From: an uncultured virus (IMG/VR IMGVR_UViG_3300047409_000475)
Taxonomy: Duplodnaviria > Heunggongvirae > Uroviricota > Caudoviricetes
IMG/VR virus record: IMGVR_UViG_3300047409_000475
Length of the DNA: 22,681 nucleotides
Strand: one strand, 5' to 3'
The notes beneath the pieces were generated by a model. The model saw only the letters and a program-made list of their open reading frames with translations, made no database searches and was not told the origin of the DNA. A program made the translations under genes and the position numbers. Below, piece by piece: positions 22,373 to 22,681 of this stretch. Each line of letters opens with the position of its first letter. Within the stretch, counting starts at the first letter, position 1.

Positions 22373-22681
22373 TCAGGCCACGAGGCCAAGCTTCTGGTAG
22401 CGGCGCAGCCGAGGCCGCAGCTTCTTCAGCGCCGTCTGAGCTCGCTTGATCCGCGCCTCCCATTCGGTCACCTGCAGCCGCACCGCCTTCGCCCGCTTCA
22501 GCACCGTCGCATCACGCCGCTCCGACACCTGCTCCGGTGTCTTCGGCGTGCGCGTCCGCTTGGCGATGCCGGTGGGCTGTCTCGGCGTCTCAGGTGCGAA
22601 CACCCGATACGCCGACTTGACCTTGCGGCGATCCGTCTCAACCCACTTCACCACGCCGCCGCCAATCGTCTCGGCGACGTG
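22373..22681 (-). CDS. Basic hypothetical protein, 3' part only (start beyond window)
   Basis: Frame is open to the window edge (HVAETIGGGVVKW...); C-terminal W..RIKRAQTALKKL..R.RRY coiled coil. Confidence 0.65.
   Translation of the reverse strand, partial: HVAETIGGGVVKWVETDRRKVKSAYRVFAPETPRQPTGIAKRTRTPKTPEQVSERRDATVLKRAKAVRLQVTEWEARIKRAQTALKKLRPRLRRYQKLGLVA

Overview
GC-rich segment of a tailed dsDNA phage genome. An alphaproteobacterial host is inferred from protein families and promoter shape, not shown. Left to right: (1) 3' part of a long repeat-built tail fibre with a C-terminal chaperone-like domain, three small downstream genes, a densely structured ~150-nt non-coding element and a bidirectional terminator; (2) a divergent 'early/accessory' region (4.2-11.8 kb) of about 16 mostly small genes, including a DUF932 protein, in which most starts are preceded by the same 14-bp junction GGAGAATGACCATG (SD + upstream stop + two in-frame ATGs); this region is driven by near-identical promoters carrying a shared 14-bp box and is interrupted by a ~330-nt structured non-coding region; (3) a leftward replication/recombination module (RecA/UvsX-like, gp32-like SSB, UvsY-like, family-4 UDG fused to a family A DNA polymerase with unusual active-site residues, acidic/basic low-complexity protein); (4) a divergent intergenic region with two abutting DNA hairpins built from GCGAAGC mini-hairpins and tandem sheared G.A pairs beside an AT-rich tract (candidate origin); (5) rightward HTH, hypothetical and ParB-like genes, a terminator and a partial convergent gene. 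No tRNA, rRNA, CRISPR array, integrase or transposase was seen. All family calls come from motif recognition by eye, without database searches.
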